Below are positions 18,933 to 28,737 of a stretch of DNA of 64,000 nt, in pieces. The stretch spans positions 716 through 64,715 of the forward strand of contig CAJTTM010000010.1 of NCBI GenBank assembly GCA_910579135.1. The letters run 5' to 3'. The translations under genes and the position numbers were made by a program. Within the stretch, counting starts at the first letter, position 1. Every line of letters starts with the position of its first letter. The notes under the pieces are model-generated. The model saw nothing but the letters and a program-made list of their open reading frames with translations, was not told the origin of the DNA and did no database searches. The stretch comes from an uncultured Erysipelotrichales bacterium. GTDB lineage: Bacteria > Bacillota_I > Bacilli_A > Erysipelotrichales > Coprobacillaceae.

Positions 18933-19430
18933 TTAATGTTCTTTTTTTATATTCTCTATAATCTTATTAAGAATAGAGTTTAATTGTTCTTTTTCTTCTT
19001 TCGTTAATATATCAAGCATATCTTTTTCTTTCGTATAAGTTTTTAAATACTCCTTTCCATTTAATGTTAATTGAAGAATCAATTTTCTTTTATCATCTTT
19101 AGCCCTATACTTTTTTAATAAACCTTTTCTTTCTAGTTTAGAAAGAATTTCACTAAGCGAACCAGCTTGAACAGATAAAAGATTTTGTAAATCTCTTTGA
19201 GATAGAGATCCATGCTCATTAATAATTTCTAAGATTTTCTCTTGACTTCTCTTTCTTCCAGTCTTATGCATTAACATACGACCACACTTCATTAACTTAC
19301 TATTTAAATCATTATTATGAATAAACATAGGTCCTCTATTATTCTTTAAACCAAAATATTCTCTTCCTGCTCCACATTGAACTTTAGAAATATGGCAACG
19401 ATGAGAACATAAAGAACACACTTGTTTCAT
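18933..19430 (-). CDS. MarR-family regulator with Cys-rich N-terminal extension
   Basis: 165 aa. CSLCSHRCHISKVQC then a winged helix (LSQRDLQNLLSVQAGSLSEILSKLERKGLL). ATGA overlap with the MATE stop. Confidence 0.75.
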   Translation of the reverse strand: MKQVCSLCSHRCHISKVQCGAGREYFGLKNNRGPMFIHNNDLNSKLMKCGRMLMHKTGRKRSQEKILEIINEHGSLSQRDLQNLLSVQAGSLSEILSKLERKGLLKKYRAKDDKRKLILQLTLNGKEYLKTYTKEKDMLDILTKEEKEQLNSILNKIIENIKKEH

Positions 19431-20779
19431 CGCTGTTTCTCCTTAATATCGAATTCTTTTAATTGCTTGCTGATCATTAACATGGTAATGATAAAAGAAA
19501 TTATATCAGCAAGTGGCACAGAAAAGAAAATACCATTTAATCCAAATATTATTGATAGTATTAAAATGAGTGGAATTAAAACTAAACATTGTCTTAACAA
19601 ATTTAAAAAGCTTGATTGTTTGACTTGTCCAATAGCTTGAAAAAAATTGGCACACATCATTTGGCATCCTATGATTGGTAAGAAAACAAACCATATCCTT
19701 AATGAATAACTTCCCAATTCAATAATCTCCTTTTCTTGATTAAACATAGATATAATGAATGGTGAAAAAAGTTGAATCAATAAAAATCCAACAGTCGCAA
19801 TAACAGTAGAGCCTATAACTGTATATTTAAGCGTTTCTTTCATACGATCATACTGATGTGCTCCAAAATTATAACTAATAATAGGTTGTTGTCCATGAGT
19901 CATTCCTGTTAAAGGCATTAACATAAGTGTTTGTACACTTGTAATAATTCCCACTGTTGACACAGCACTATCTCCACCATATGATGATATCGTTCCATTA
20001 ATCACAATATTGAGTATACTTGTTGAAAGTTGCATTAGAAAAGCTGGAATACCTGTTTTTAAAATAGAAAAAGTAATACGTTTCTTTAATATTAAATGAC
20101 TTAATTGACATTGAATGATTCCTCTTTTCCCAAACAAAAATGAAAGTTGCCATATCATACTTAAAAATTGCCCACCAATAGTTGCAAGTGCTGCCCCTTC
20201 CATTCCCATATGTAATTGAATAATCAATATGTAATCAAATAATATATTAAAGCCGGCCCCCAACATTTGAGATATCATTGCATTTTTGGCATTACCTTGA
20301 GCTCTAGAAAAATTGTTTCCACACATTGATACCCCTTGAAAAGCAGCTCCAAACAAAATAATACTCAAATAGCTTCTAGCATAAGGTAATGTTTTTTGAC
20401 TTGCACCTAAAATCATTAAAATTTGATCCATAAACAAGTTACCAAATACAGTAAAAGTTAATCCAAATAAAACAGCTATCATCAAAGCATTTCCTTGATA
20501 ATATTTCGCATCATCTTCATTTTTAGCCCCCAATGCAATTGAAAAGCGCGTTGATCCTCCTACTCCTGCCATTAAACTTAATGCCATTAATATAAGTGTA
20601 ATTGGATAACTAATCGTAATCCCTGCAAGTCCATATGAACCTAATTGAGGAGCATTCCCAATAAACATTCTATCAACAATATTATAGATAGCATTCACTA
20701 ACATGCCTATCATTGCAGGAACTGATAATTCCACTAATAAAGGTAATATTTTTCCAGTTCCCATCCTCTCTTTATTCAT
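19427..20779 (-). CDS. MATE family efflux transporter
   Basis: 12-TM MATE profile (PAMIGMLVNAIYNIVDRMFIG). Start moved to ATG 20779 (MNKERMG) after GAGGGTGA; the track's TTG start is the -35 box. Confidence 0.85.
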   Translation of the reverse strand: MNKERMGTGKILPLLVELSVPAMIGMLVNAIYNIVDRMFIGNAPQLGSYGLAGITISYPITLILMALSLMAGVGGSTRFSIALGAKNEDDAKYYQGNALMIAVLFGLTFTVFGNLFMDQILMILGASQKTLPYARSYLSIILFGAAFQGVSMCGNNFSRAQGNAKNAMISQMLGAGFNILFDYILIIQLHMGMEGAALATIGGQFLSMIWQLSFLFGKRGIIQCQLSHLILKKRITFSILKTGIPAFLMQLSTSILNIVINGTISSYGGDSAVSTVGIITSVQTLMLMPLTGMTHGQQPIISYNFGAHQYDRMKETLKYTVIGSTVIATVGFLLIQLFSPFIISMFNQEKEIIELGSYSLRIWFVFLPIIGCQMMCANFFQAIGQVKQSSFLNLLRQCLVLIPLILILSIIFGLNGIFFSVPLADIISFIITMLMISKQLKEFDIKEKQR

Positions 20780-20801
20780 CACTTCACCCTCTTTTTTTAC
20801 A

Positions 20802-20830
20802 ATATTAAAACTATTTTTCAAAATTGTCAA
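20802..20830 (-). promoter_or_regulatory. sigma-A promoter of the MATE-marR operon
   Basis: TTGACA (20830..20825), 17-nt spacer, TAATAT (20807..20802). Confidence 0.65.
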
Positions 20831-20852
20831 GGTACCTAAATATTCTCAATAA

Positions 20853-20883
20853 CAAAAAAAATCCAAAGATTATATCTTTGGAT
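20853..20883 (-). terminator. rho-independent terminator ending the seven-gene TCS/ABC operon
   Basis: Minus strand ATCCAAAGATA-T-AATCTTTGGAT type hairpin followed by T8. Confidence 0.8.
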
Positions 20884-21302
20884 CATTTCATATTTCTAAA
20901 AATATCTAATATATCATTTTCTAAATTCTCAGTTAGAATAACCATATGATCTTTAATTTCAACATCAACATCTTTACCATCTTTTTTTAACTTTTTCTCT
21001 TTGACTATTCTATTAAAATCTTCTCCATCTTCAAAGCGATAAACCTCAATACTTCCATTATCTCCATCATATCGATATCCCTCTTTAGCTCCAATTTGAG
21101 AAACATCAATATTGGTTTTATTCTTATAATTGATGTTCTTGTTTTTTAGATTATCTTCAAATCTCGTATACCAATCATCAATATCATCTTTCGTTTTTTC
21201 TGATGATTGATTTATTTCATTTGTATTGGCAGTATCATTGTCTTTTTGAGAACATCCTAATAAAATAAATAAACATAGCATCATTGCAAATATTTTTTTC
21301 AT
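20883..21302 (-). CDS. small lipoprotein, unknown function
   Basis: 139 aa. Signal peptide with lipobox LLGC-S. Confidence 0.7.
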   Translation of the reverse strand: MKKIFAMMLCLFILLGCSQKDNDTANTNEINQSSEKTKDDIDDWYTRFEDNLKNKNINYKNKTNIDVSQIGAKEGYRYDGDNGSIEVYRFEDGEDFNRIVKEKKLKKDGKDVDVEIKDHMVILTENLENDILDIFRNMK

Positions 21303-21355
21303 TTGATTACCTCCACTTTTATCATGTGTTGATTATCAATAAAATATACAATTTT

Positions 21356-23737
21356 TTAAGCTTTATAACTTTTATTAATGTATTTTATTGAACATATCAT
21401 CAATAATAAATAACCAACAGAAGAATATAATAATTGCATCAATCCCTGATTCTCTATAGCGTATATTCCATTCATCAACAATGGATATAAACTTATCGAA
21501 TCAAATATATGATAATTACCATAAGTTAATAATATAGGCACTAAGAATAATAATACTGCTATAAAGGAAGTCAATATACTATTTCTTGTTTTTAATGCAA
21601 TCGCATGCGTCACAACAATCATGCAGATAATCGCAAATAATTTTAAAAGCAAACTTATCAAACATCCCATTCCTATAGAAAGATAGAACGGAAGATGTGA
21701 AAGTTGTTCAATAGATATAATAGATGCTCCTAAAGAAGAAAATCCATAAGATTGATGAAACAATACTATAATTGGACACATGGTAATAAGCAAAAATAAT
21801 AGACATACAACAAATGAAATAATATATTTATAATAAATAGTTGTTTTATTTCCTTTCACTGTTATCAAAGTTACTCTTTGTATATTATTTTGATATTCAT
21901 ATGGAAACATCTGAGAACCACAAACAATAACAAAAAGGCATAAAATAATGGTAGGAATCATTGTCCAAGTATTTTGTAAAAATACAGCTTGATACGCATA
22001 GGGAACAATAAATTCACATTGAGGATTATCTTTAATTCTTTGATATTGATCGAAAACTTCTAAAAATATATCTTCTCCTTCTAATTCTTGATAAATTGGT
22101 TCCAATAATAAATCCGCTTTTTGACTTGTTATTTCTTTATTGTCTTTTCTGTGCATAATCATTTCCTGTTGTTGGTGTAAAGATTTATAATATTGTTCTT
22201 GTTGATGAATCCATTTTTCTTTCTCTGGAGTCAGTTTCCCTGCTAATTTTTTCATATATTCCATATAAATCACTTCATTTTGATCTTTATAAAGAGTCAT
22301 ATCATGATACTGATAGAATGACAAACCTGTACATATCAAACACAATATCAAGACCTTTTGAATACAAAATGTCTTATAAAATTCTTGTACTAACAACGAA
22401 GATAATACACGATTACGCTTAAAATGAAATGATAATTCAAACGGTGTTATTAACATATTCTTTTTATAGTGATAAGTCAAAATACATGTTACTAGCATTG
22501 AAAGAAAACCTATCATCAAAACAACAAACATTATACCTTGTAAAGAAATCGCATGACCTAAAATATTGATATTGCGGTAGATTTGAAATAATGTTTGAAT
22601 TTGTAAAAAAGAAATAATATTTAAATACTTTAATAAATAGAACGGATTTAATGGTGGTATTAATACATATAATATAAACTCTATTCCTACAACAATAATG
22701 ATGATAAATAAGGCGAATATCTTATGATTCATTAATATAATAAGCCACATCATTAATAGTCCAACAAAACTAACGGCCATCCATTTCATTAAGAAAAATA
22801 AAAACAAAAACTGCCAAACATTGATATTTAAAGGACAATAAATATAACTAGACAAGGATTGAATACTTTTTGATAGGTTCCCTATTCCCATACTCATATT
22901 CATATAAAATAATTGTGATGTTATCATTACAATTATCATAATTCCTATAATAAGTACAAAAACAATACTTTTAGATAACATGAGTTTCCATTGTCCGTTT
23001 GGAGTTATTTTCATAATTGAAAACAATTTCTTTTCTTTTTCATCGACAATCATTGAGGATGCCAAAACAAACATACTTATCATAATGAGTAAATTTGTCA
23101 TAGGGAATGAAAGTGCATCATCGATTCCTTTTTCACTTTCATAAAGTAAATCAACATGATATAGATTTTGATAATCATATGCTGTTTTATTTATATTCTT
23201 GTGCAAGAAATCATCATTCTTTTGAAAAACTCCTATTTGTGTTATTGTTTTTGCTTTTTCTTGAATTTCTTCAAGATATTTAGGATATTGATGTAAAATA
23301 TGAAATTCATTATATATTTTTTCTAAAAATGATTCTTCACTTTCTATAGATTGTGTGTAATGGACCTGATGATTTTCTTGATACAATCTTTGATATTTTC
23401 TTTCTATATCAGGATTTTCACTCAGTAATAAATCAATTGTATTTTGATTATCCTCAGGGCTCTTTTTAAGTTGTTCGATAGTTTCTATGACTTGAAACGC
23501 ATGATATTTTTGATACTCATCATAAATATATTGATACCTTTGGTTATTAGGAATTTTATCTAAATGAGATTGTAATTTTGCATAAGCTGATGGTGGAAAA
23601 ATAGGATTTAATTGTTGATTATATATAAAAGCCCCAATATGAAGTATACAAATGATAATTAAAAAGAAGATAAGATTCTTTTTTTGCAGTACTTTTTGAA
23701 ACTCATATATAACTTGCAACATATTCATCTTCCTCAA
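21356..23737 (-). CDS. 793-aa polytopic membrane protein, tandem-duplicated ABC-2-like permease
   Basis: Two halves, each with one TM, a 130-190 aa Gln/Tyr/Glu-rich soluble segment and about 5-6 TM helices. Start overlaps the ATPase gene's end. Confidence 0.6.
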   Translation of the reverse strand: MRKMNMLQVIYEFQKVLQKKNLIFFLIIICILHIGAFIYNQQLNPIFPPSAYAKLQSHLDKIPNNQRYQYIYDEYQKYHAFQVIETIEQLKKSPEDNQNTIDLLLSENPDIERKYQRLYQENHQVHYTQSIESEESFLEKIYNEFHILHQYPKYLEEIQEKAKTITQIGVFQKNDDFLHKNINKTAYDYQNLYHVDLLYESEKGIDDALSFPMTNLLIMISMFVLASSMIVDEKEKKLFSIMKITPNGQWKLMLSKSIVFVLIIGIMIIVMITSQLFYMNMSMGIGNLSKSIQSLSSYIYCPLNINVWQFLFLFFLMKWMAVSFVGLLMMWLIILMNHKIFALFIIIIVVGIEFILYVLIPPLNPFYLLKYLNIISFLQIQTLFQIYRNINILGHAISLQGIMFVVLMIGFLSMLVTCILTYHYKKNMLITPFELSFHFKRNRVLSSLLVQEFYKTFCIQKVLILCLICTGLSFYQYHDMTLYKDQNEVIYMEYMKKLAGKLTPEKEKWIHQQEQYYKSLHQQQEMIMHRKDNKEITSQKADLLLEPIYQELEGEDIFLEVFDQYQRIKDNPQCEFIVPYAYQAVFLQNTWTMIPTIILCLFVIVCGSQMFPYEYQNNIQRVTLITVKGNKTTIYYKYIISFVVCLLFLLITMCPIIVLFHQSYGFSSLGASIISIEQLSHLPFYLSIGMGCLISLLLKLFAIICMIVVTHAIALKTRNSILTSFIAVLLFLVPILLTYGNYHIFDSISLYPLLMNGIYAIENQGLMQLLYSSVGYLLLMICSIKYINKSYKA

Positions 23738-24437
23738 ATAATTTTAAGTAAACTTCTTCTAAAGAAGAAACTTGATATTGATTCACCAATTCCTGTACAC
23801 TTCCACAACTTACTATTTTTCCTTTTTTTAAAAAGATAACCTCATCTGCAATACTTTCCACATCAGAAACAACATGAGTCGCGATTAAAAGAATATGATC
23901 TTTTGATAATTTTTCAAAAACATTTCTTAAAGATACCCTTTCTTTAGGATCTAATCCAGCTGTTGGTTCATCAAATAATAAGAGTTGAGGCTGTCCAAGT
24001 AATGCTTGAGCAACTAATATTCTTTGTTTCATTCCGCCAGAATATGTTTTACACTTTCTAAAAAGATAGGATTCCATATTCACTAATTTTGCAACTCTAG
24101 ATACTTCACCTTTAATATTATTTTTAGGTATACCTTTCAACAATGCCATATAAGTTAAAAAACGTAATCCACTCATTTCTTCATATAATCCTTGTTGTTG
24201 TGGAGCATATCCTAAAATAGAATAAAATTGATTTTTAAGTTTTTGGATTGGTTGTTGATCCCAATAAACTTCTCCAGATGTCATATTTAATTGATGAGTA
24301 ATAATATTCATAAGTGTAGACTTTCCTGCACCATTTGGACCAAGTAAAGCATAAATTCCTTTATCTATTCGAAGATGAATATGATCTAAAGCAAGAACAT
24401 CTTTATATTTTTTTGTAACATCTTTTATTTCTAACAT
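23703..24437 (-). CDS. ABC transporter ATP-binding protein (ABC-2/DrrA-like)
   Basis: Walker A GPNGAGKST, signature YSGGMKQR, Walker B LLLFDEPTAGLD. Start set at ATG 24437 (MLEIKDV), 5 nt after GGAGG. Confidence 0.9.
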   Translation of the reverse strand: MLEIKDVTKKYKDVLALDHIHLRIDKGIYALLGPNGAGKSTLMNIITHQLNMTSGEVYWDQQPIQKLKNQFYSILGYAPQQQGLYEEMSGLRFLTYMALLKGIPKNNIKGEVSRVAKLVNMESYLFRKCKTYSGGMKQRILVAQALLGQPQLLLFDEPTAGLDPKERVSLRNVFEKLSKDHILLIATHVVSDVESIADEVIFLKKGKIVSCGSVQELVNQYQVSSLEEVYLKLFEEDEYVASYI

Positions 24438-24447
24438 ACATTCCTCC

Positions 24448-25743
24448 TTATTGAATAATAGATACTTTTTTATAGTTTTTCTTGTTGTTAAAAAAGTCAT
24501 CAATAGAAATCAATCCCTTATATTCTTTTTTGGTTTCATATTGCATTGTTCCAGCCCATGTTTTTTCATAACCACCTTCTCTATCATATAAAACAAAGAA
24601 TTTATCAGAAGTCATAGAAATGATATTGACTGGTTCCTTAGGAACTCTTGTATATTGTTTCAATTCCTTTATTTTAGGTTTATCAATAGAGGAAATCAAT
24701 GTTTTTTGAAATTTATCATCTTTCCATTGATTTATCAAAAATCGATGACCATAAATATCTAAAGAATATTCATATCCTTTATCTAAACAAAGAAATTGAC
24801 TTTTCTTTTTAGTCGTTAAATCAAAACAATAAACATAGTTTTTATCTGTATAATAAATCTTATTTTGATAATAATTACATGGCATAGCTTCCTTTGTTTT
24901 CATTACCCTTTTTTGGAGAGTATCTATATTCACAATTTCATATAAAGACTGACTCTCTTCCATAATGCGATCATATCCACTAAAATCCTTTTTATCTAAA
25001 TATTTTTGTGGATCTTCTTGACAGCAATAACCAGATAAGATAAGCTTTCTTCCTTCTACAGCTGCAATATCCTTTTCAGATAATCCATCATATAAATCCA
25101 TAACTTTTTTCATTTGACCTGATTCTAAATTAATTTTAAATAATTCCTTTTGTGTTGTCACTTGCATATGAGCATTTTTACCTGTTTCAACACTGTCACT
25201 TTTACTGATAGATAAATACATATCATTACCATCAAACGCAATATTTCCAGCTTCAAATTGATAACCTTCTTCTAGTTGACAGAGTTCCTTCCGATTTTGT
25301 CCATCTAAATCCATTTGATAAATATGTGGTGAAGACTTCATTGGTGAGGCGAAACCATTACCTGAAAGTTGCATAACTTCACCTGTTAGTTCTAAAAAAT
25401 AAAGATGATCTTTATAAACAAACAATTCTGATATATTCCCAAAAGGAACATAAGATGTACATGATTCATCTTTATGTTTGCATTCTGGCTTATTACACAA
25501 ATAAATCTCCTGACCCGTTGAATAATCAGTGTAAAGAAGATGGGTTTCTCCATCATCATTATGAACTAATCGGTAATATCCATCATCATTTCCATCTCCT
25601 TCTTCTGATAAATACTTCCATTCCTTTAAAACTAAATTTTCTTTCTGTGTTGTTTTACTGTTTGTTTCTTTTTTATTCTTTATTTCTTGTTTTTGACAAG
25701 CAACCAACAAAAAACAACATAATATAAATATAACCTTTCTCAT
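24448..25743 (-). CDS. 431-aa lipoprotein, possibly beta-propeller-like, unknown function
   Basis: Signal peptide with lipobox LLVAC-Q. Repetitive Y/D/G-rich beta-strand-like segments. No family signature recognised. Confidence 0.6.
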   Translation of the reverse strand: MRKVIFILCCFLLVACQKQEIKNKKETNSKTTQKENLVLKEWKYLSEEGDGNDDGYYRLVHNDDGETHLLYTDYSTGQEIYLCNKPECKHKDESCTSYVPFGNISELFVYKDHLYFLELTGEVMQLSGNGFASPMKSSPHIYQMDLDGQNRKELCQLEEGYQFEAGNIAFDGNDMYLSISKSDSVETGKNAHMQVTTQKELFKINLESGQMKKVMDLYDGLSEKDIAAVEGRKLILSGYCCQEDPQKYLDKKDFSGYDRIMEESQSLYEIVNIDTLQKRVMKTKEAMPCNYYQNKIYYTDKNYVYCFDLTTKKKSQFLCLDKGYEYSLDIYGHRFLINQWKDDKFQKTLISSIDKPKIKELKQYTRVPKEPVNIISMTSDKFFVLYDREGGYEKTWAGTMQYETKKEYKGLISIDDFFNNKKNYKKVSIIQ

Positions 25744-25808
25744 TTTCATCACCCTCATCACTATAACAAATTCCTGTATCTAAATTGTAAATAGCACTCA
25801 TATGAGTG

Positions 25809-26576
25809 CTATTCTACAAATATATGAAATCGTTTTGGGGAAGGTAAATATAATATTGAAGTATTAATTCTAATATTTTGTTGTTGATCTATAATTTCAT
25901 TATAAAAAGATATACGCAATTTTGCTTGATATGATTCATAACCCTCTTGATTATAATTCCAATCATCTATATCATCTAATTCTAAATATTTAATCATATT
26001 CCATAGTAACTCTTTTATCTCTTTTTGATTGAAATCTAAATGATGATTTTGAGTTAATGAAATAGATGTTATTTTATGAGTTTTCCCATCCATATTGAAA
26101 TCAATAAATTTATCATTATCACTATTCAAACGATAAATTTGCTCTAAAAAATATTGTCCAATATTTTCTTTTTTATTTTTTTTAATTGTACCAAAAGTTA
26201 ATTGATAATCTTTTTTTGTAGATGTTTCTAATATATCATGGGATATTATTTTATTTTGAATAAGTTTTTGTATTTCTTGACTATATATTGTTTGTATTTT
26301 TTTCAAATCTTTTTGTTTCTCTTTTGAATATGAATAATATTTTTTAATATTATAACTTTCTTGTACAATTTCGTCATAGTCTTCCATAATATAATCATAT
26401 TGATATAAATAAGAGATAAGTGGGTGTTTTTTTAATATTTCTTGAGTCTTACCTCCATCTATTTCTCCTACTCTATTATGATTTGTATAATCCTGAATAA
26501 TAAAAGAAACTATTGGCAAACAAAAACATAGCCCAATAAGTAAAATTCCTATTATTCTCATTTTTATTTTATTCAT
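25809..26576 (-). CDS. membrane-anchored protein, unknown function
   Basis: Start ATG 26576 (MNKIKMRIIGILLIGL), 6 nt after GGAGG. Single N-terminal TM and a ~225-aa extracytoplasmic part. Confidence 0.55.
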   Translation of the reverse strand: MNKIKMRIIGILLIGLCFCLPIVSFIIQDYTNHNRVGEIDGGKTQEILKKHPLISYLYQYDYIMEDYDEIVQESYNIKKYYSYSKEKQKDLKKIQTIYSQEIQKLIQNKIISHDILETSTKKDYQLTFGTIKKNKKENIGQYFLEQIYRLNSDNDKFIDFNMDGKTHKITSISLTQNHHLDFNQKEIKELLWNMIKYLELDDIDDWNYNQEGYESYQAKLRISFYNEIIDQQQNIRINTSILYLPSPKRFHIFVE

Positions 26577-27975
26577 CCTTAACCTCCAATTCAAAAGATA
26601 TGATTGTACCTTCATTCAACTTTGATTCAATATTTAAATCAGTTTGATGAAGAGTGCATATACGTTTTACAATCGCTAAGCCTAATCCTGCTCCACCTTG
26701 TAAACGCGCTCTAGACTTATCTGCCATATAAAAAGCTTCAGTTACTTTTTTTGTATCTTCTTCACTCATTCCAATACCTTCATCTATAACAGAAAGAAGA
26801 ATTTTAGAATCATAACATTTTGTTTTCACTTTTATTGTTTGTCCTTTTTGACTTGCTTTGATTGCATTATCAATTAAATTACGAAGAAGTATAAACAGTA
26901 AATCATCATGAGATAAAACTTGAATATCTATAGAATCAAAGATAAACCTATACTCATTTGCTTTTGAGTCGTAATATTCTTTGAGTTGAGAAAAAACAGA
27001 TTGCAAAGAAATAAATTTTAATTCTGCTTGCGAATCCCCCATCGAAAGCAATTCCATTAAAGCATAAGAAAGTCTTTCTAATCGTTTAGCTTCTGTATAA
27101 ATATACTGAGCAGCTTTTTGTCTTGTTTCTATGTCACAATCACATGTTCTTAATAAATCTGAAAACCCTAGGATTGCTGTCATGGGGGTCTTAATTTCAT
27201 GAGAAAAACTCCCCATGAATTCTTCTTTTTGAATCACATTCTCTTTTAATTGATGAATTGTTAATTCATTCATTGCAGCCATCTTATCAAAACTTTGTGA
27301 AAGCTCACCAATTTCATCTTCACTCTTTATACATGTACGTACACCATATTCTCCTCTTGCTATACGTTGACTGACTTTATTGAGTTTGTGAATTGGTTTT
27401 GTTATATATTGAGCAACAAATTTTAAAATAAAAAATGCTAATGAAAACATGAATATGCTTGTGATGAAAAAGCTTTGAAGTTGTCTATCTCTTTCTTCAT
27501 AACAATAGCTCATATCATAATAAGCTGTTAAATAGAATTTTTCTTTGCCTAGTTGTATATCGGTTGTAATAAACATAAGTTCTTTATTATTAAATGCTTG
27601 AAAGTAATATTTTTGGTTATTTTTTTCTGATATAAAGGAATGATAATCTTTATTCATATTAGAAAATATAAATTTATTATTTTGACTTAATGCATAGCCA
27701 GTTTGATTTTTTGATAAATGATGGAATAATTCTAGATAATATGTCACCTGCTCAATCATTTCCTGTCTTTTTTTATTGTAATCTTCAGAATATGCCTTTT
27801 CTAAAAGATGTGTTTGTAAATTATAGATTTCTAATTCATAAGATGAAATGTTTTGTTGAATCGCACTCTCTAAAAGATGATGATGATTTTGCGATAAAAT
27901 AAATATTTCACCTATTGAAAAAACAACAACTAAAGTTAAAAGACAAGACCATATCATTTTTTCTACAAATTTCAT
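26569..27975 (-). CDS. sensor histidine kinase (2 TM, HAMP, HisKA, HATPase)
   Basis: H-box SHEIKTPMTAILGF, N-box NLIDNAIKAS, G-box GGAGLGLAIVKRI. Confidence 0.9.
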   Translation of the reverse strand: MKFVEKMIWSCLLTLVVVFSIGEIFILSQNHHHLLESAIQQNISSYELEIYNLQTHLLEKAYSEDYNKKRQEMIEQVTYYLELFHHLSKNQTGYALSQNNKFIFSNMNKDYHSFISEKNNQKYYFQAFNNKELMFITTDIQLGKEKFYLTAYYDMSYCYEERDRQLQSFFITSIFMFSLAFFILKFVAQYITKPIHKLNKVSQRIARGEYGVRTCIKSEDEIGELSQSFDKMAAMNELTIHQLKENVIQKEEFMGSFSHEIKTPMTAILGFSDLLRTCDCDIETRQKAAQYIYTEAKRLERLSYALMELLSMGDSQAELKFISLQSVFSQLKEYYDSKANEYRFIFDSIDIQVLSHDDLLFILLRNLIDNAIKASQKGQTIKVKTKCYDSKILLSVIDEGIGMSEEDTKKVTEAFYMADKSRARLQGGAGLGLAIVKRICTLHQTDLNIESKLNEGTIISFELEVKDE

Positions 27976-28628
27976 ATATGGTCCTCCAACATATATCCGA
28001 CTCTAAATATAGTCTTAATTTGATGATTCCAATTTAATTTCTTTCTTAATCTCTGTATATGTAAGTCTAATGTTCTACTTTTATCATTTTCTTCTCCCCA
28101 TACTTTTTCATAGAGAGTTTCACGATACAGTGCTAAATTCTTATTTTGTACAAGATATAATAAAAGATCATATTCTTTATAAGTAAGTTCTATAACTTTA
28201 TTATTTTGTTTCACTTGTCTTGCAGATGTATTGATTTCGATATCCAGTATATGAATAACTTCTCTTCCTTTATGATATCTTCTTAAAACACTTTCAACTC
28301 TTGCGATTAATTCATCAATAGAAAATGGTTTTACAAGATAATCATCAGCTCCCATATTTAATCCTTTGACACGCTCCTTAATACTTCCTTTTGCAGTTAC
28401 AAAAATAACTGGTATTCCTAATGGTTCTATATATTCTAATAGTTCATAACCATTGACATAAGGAAGCATAATATCTAATAAAACTAAATCATAATCATTC
28501 TCAGAAAGTAAATCTGCACCTTCTTCACCATTACTTGCACAAACACAATGATATCCTACTCTCTCTAAATTCATTTTTATTAAATCTAAAATAGCTTTTT
28601 CATCTTCTACAATTAATATATTTGTCAT
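27972..28628 (-). CDS. OmpR-family response regulator
   Basis: Receiver (DLVLLDIMLPYVNG) plus winged helix (IKTIFRVGY). Start set at ATG 28628 (MTNILIVEDE). Confidence 0.9.
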   Translation of the reverse strand: MTNILIVEDEKAILDLIKMNLERVGYHCVCASNGEEGADLLSENDYDLVLLDIMLPYVNGYELLEYIEPLGIPVIFVTAKGSIKERVKGLNMGADDYLVKPFSIDELIARVESVLRRYHKGREVIHILDIEINTSARQVKQNNKVIELTYKEYDLLLYLVQNKNLALYRETLYEKVWGEENDKSRTLDLHIQRLRKKLNWNHQIKTIFRVGYMLEDHI

Positions 28629-28691
28629 TTTTATCACCATTATTATTATAAGTCATAGTTTTATCCAAATTGTATCATATCTATATTTTAT

Positions 28692-28725
28692 CAAAAAAGA
28701 GTCAACTCATAATGAGTTAACCCTT
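28692..28725 (-). terminator. rho-independent terminator of the GH16 gene
   Basis: Minus strand AGGGTTAACTCA-TTA-TGAGTTGACTCT followed by T6. Paralogous to the terminator at 32035..32069. Confidence 0.7.
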
Positions 28726-28737
28726 CTGGCAGATTTC

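Noticed and set aside
20780-20830. 17-codon N-terminal extension of the MATE ORF in the track (TTG start)
   Set aside because: The TTG is part of a TTGACA -35 box with TAATAT 17 nt downstream. A good SD precedes ATG 20779.
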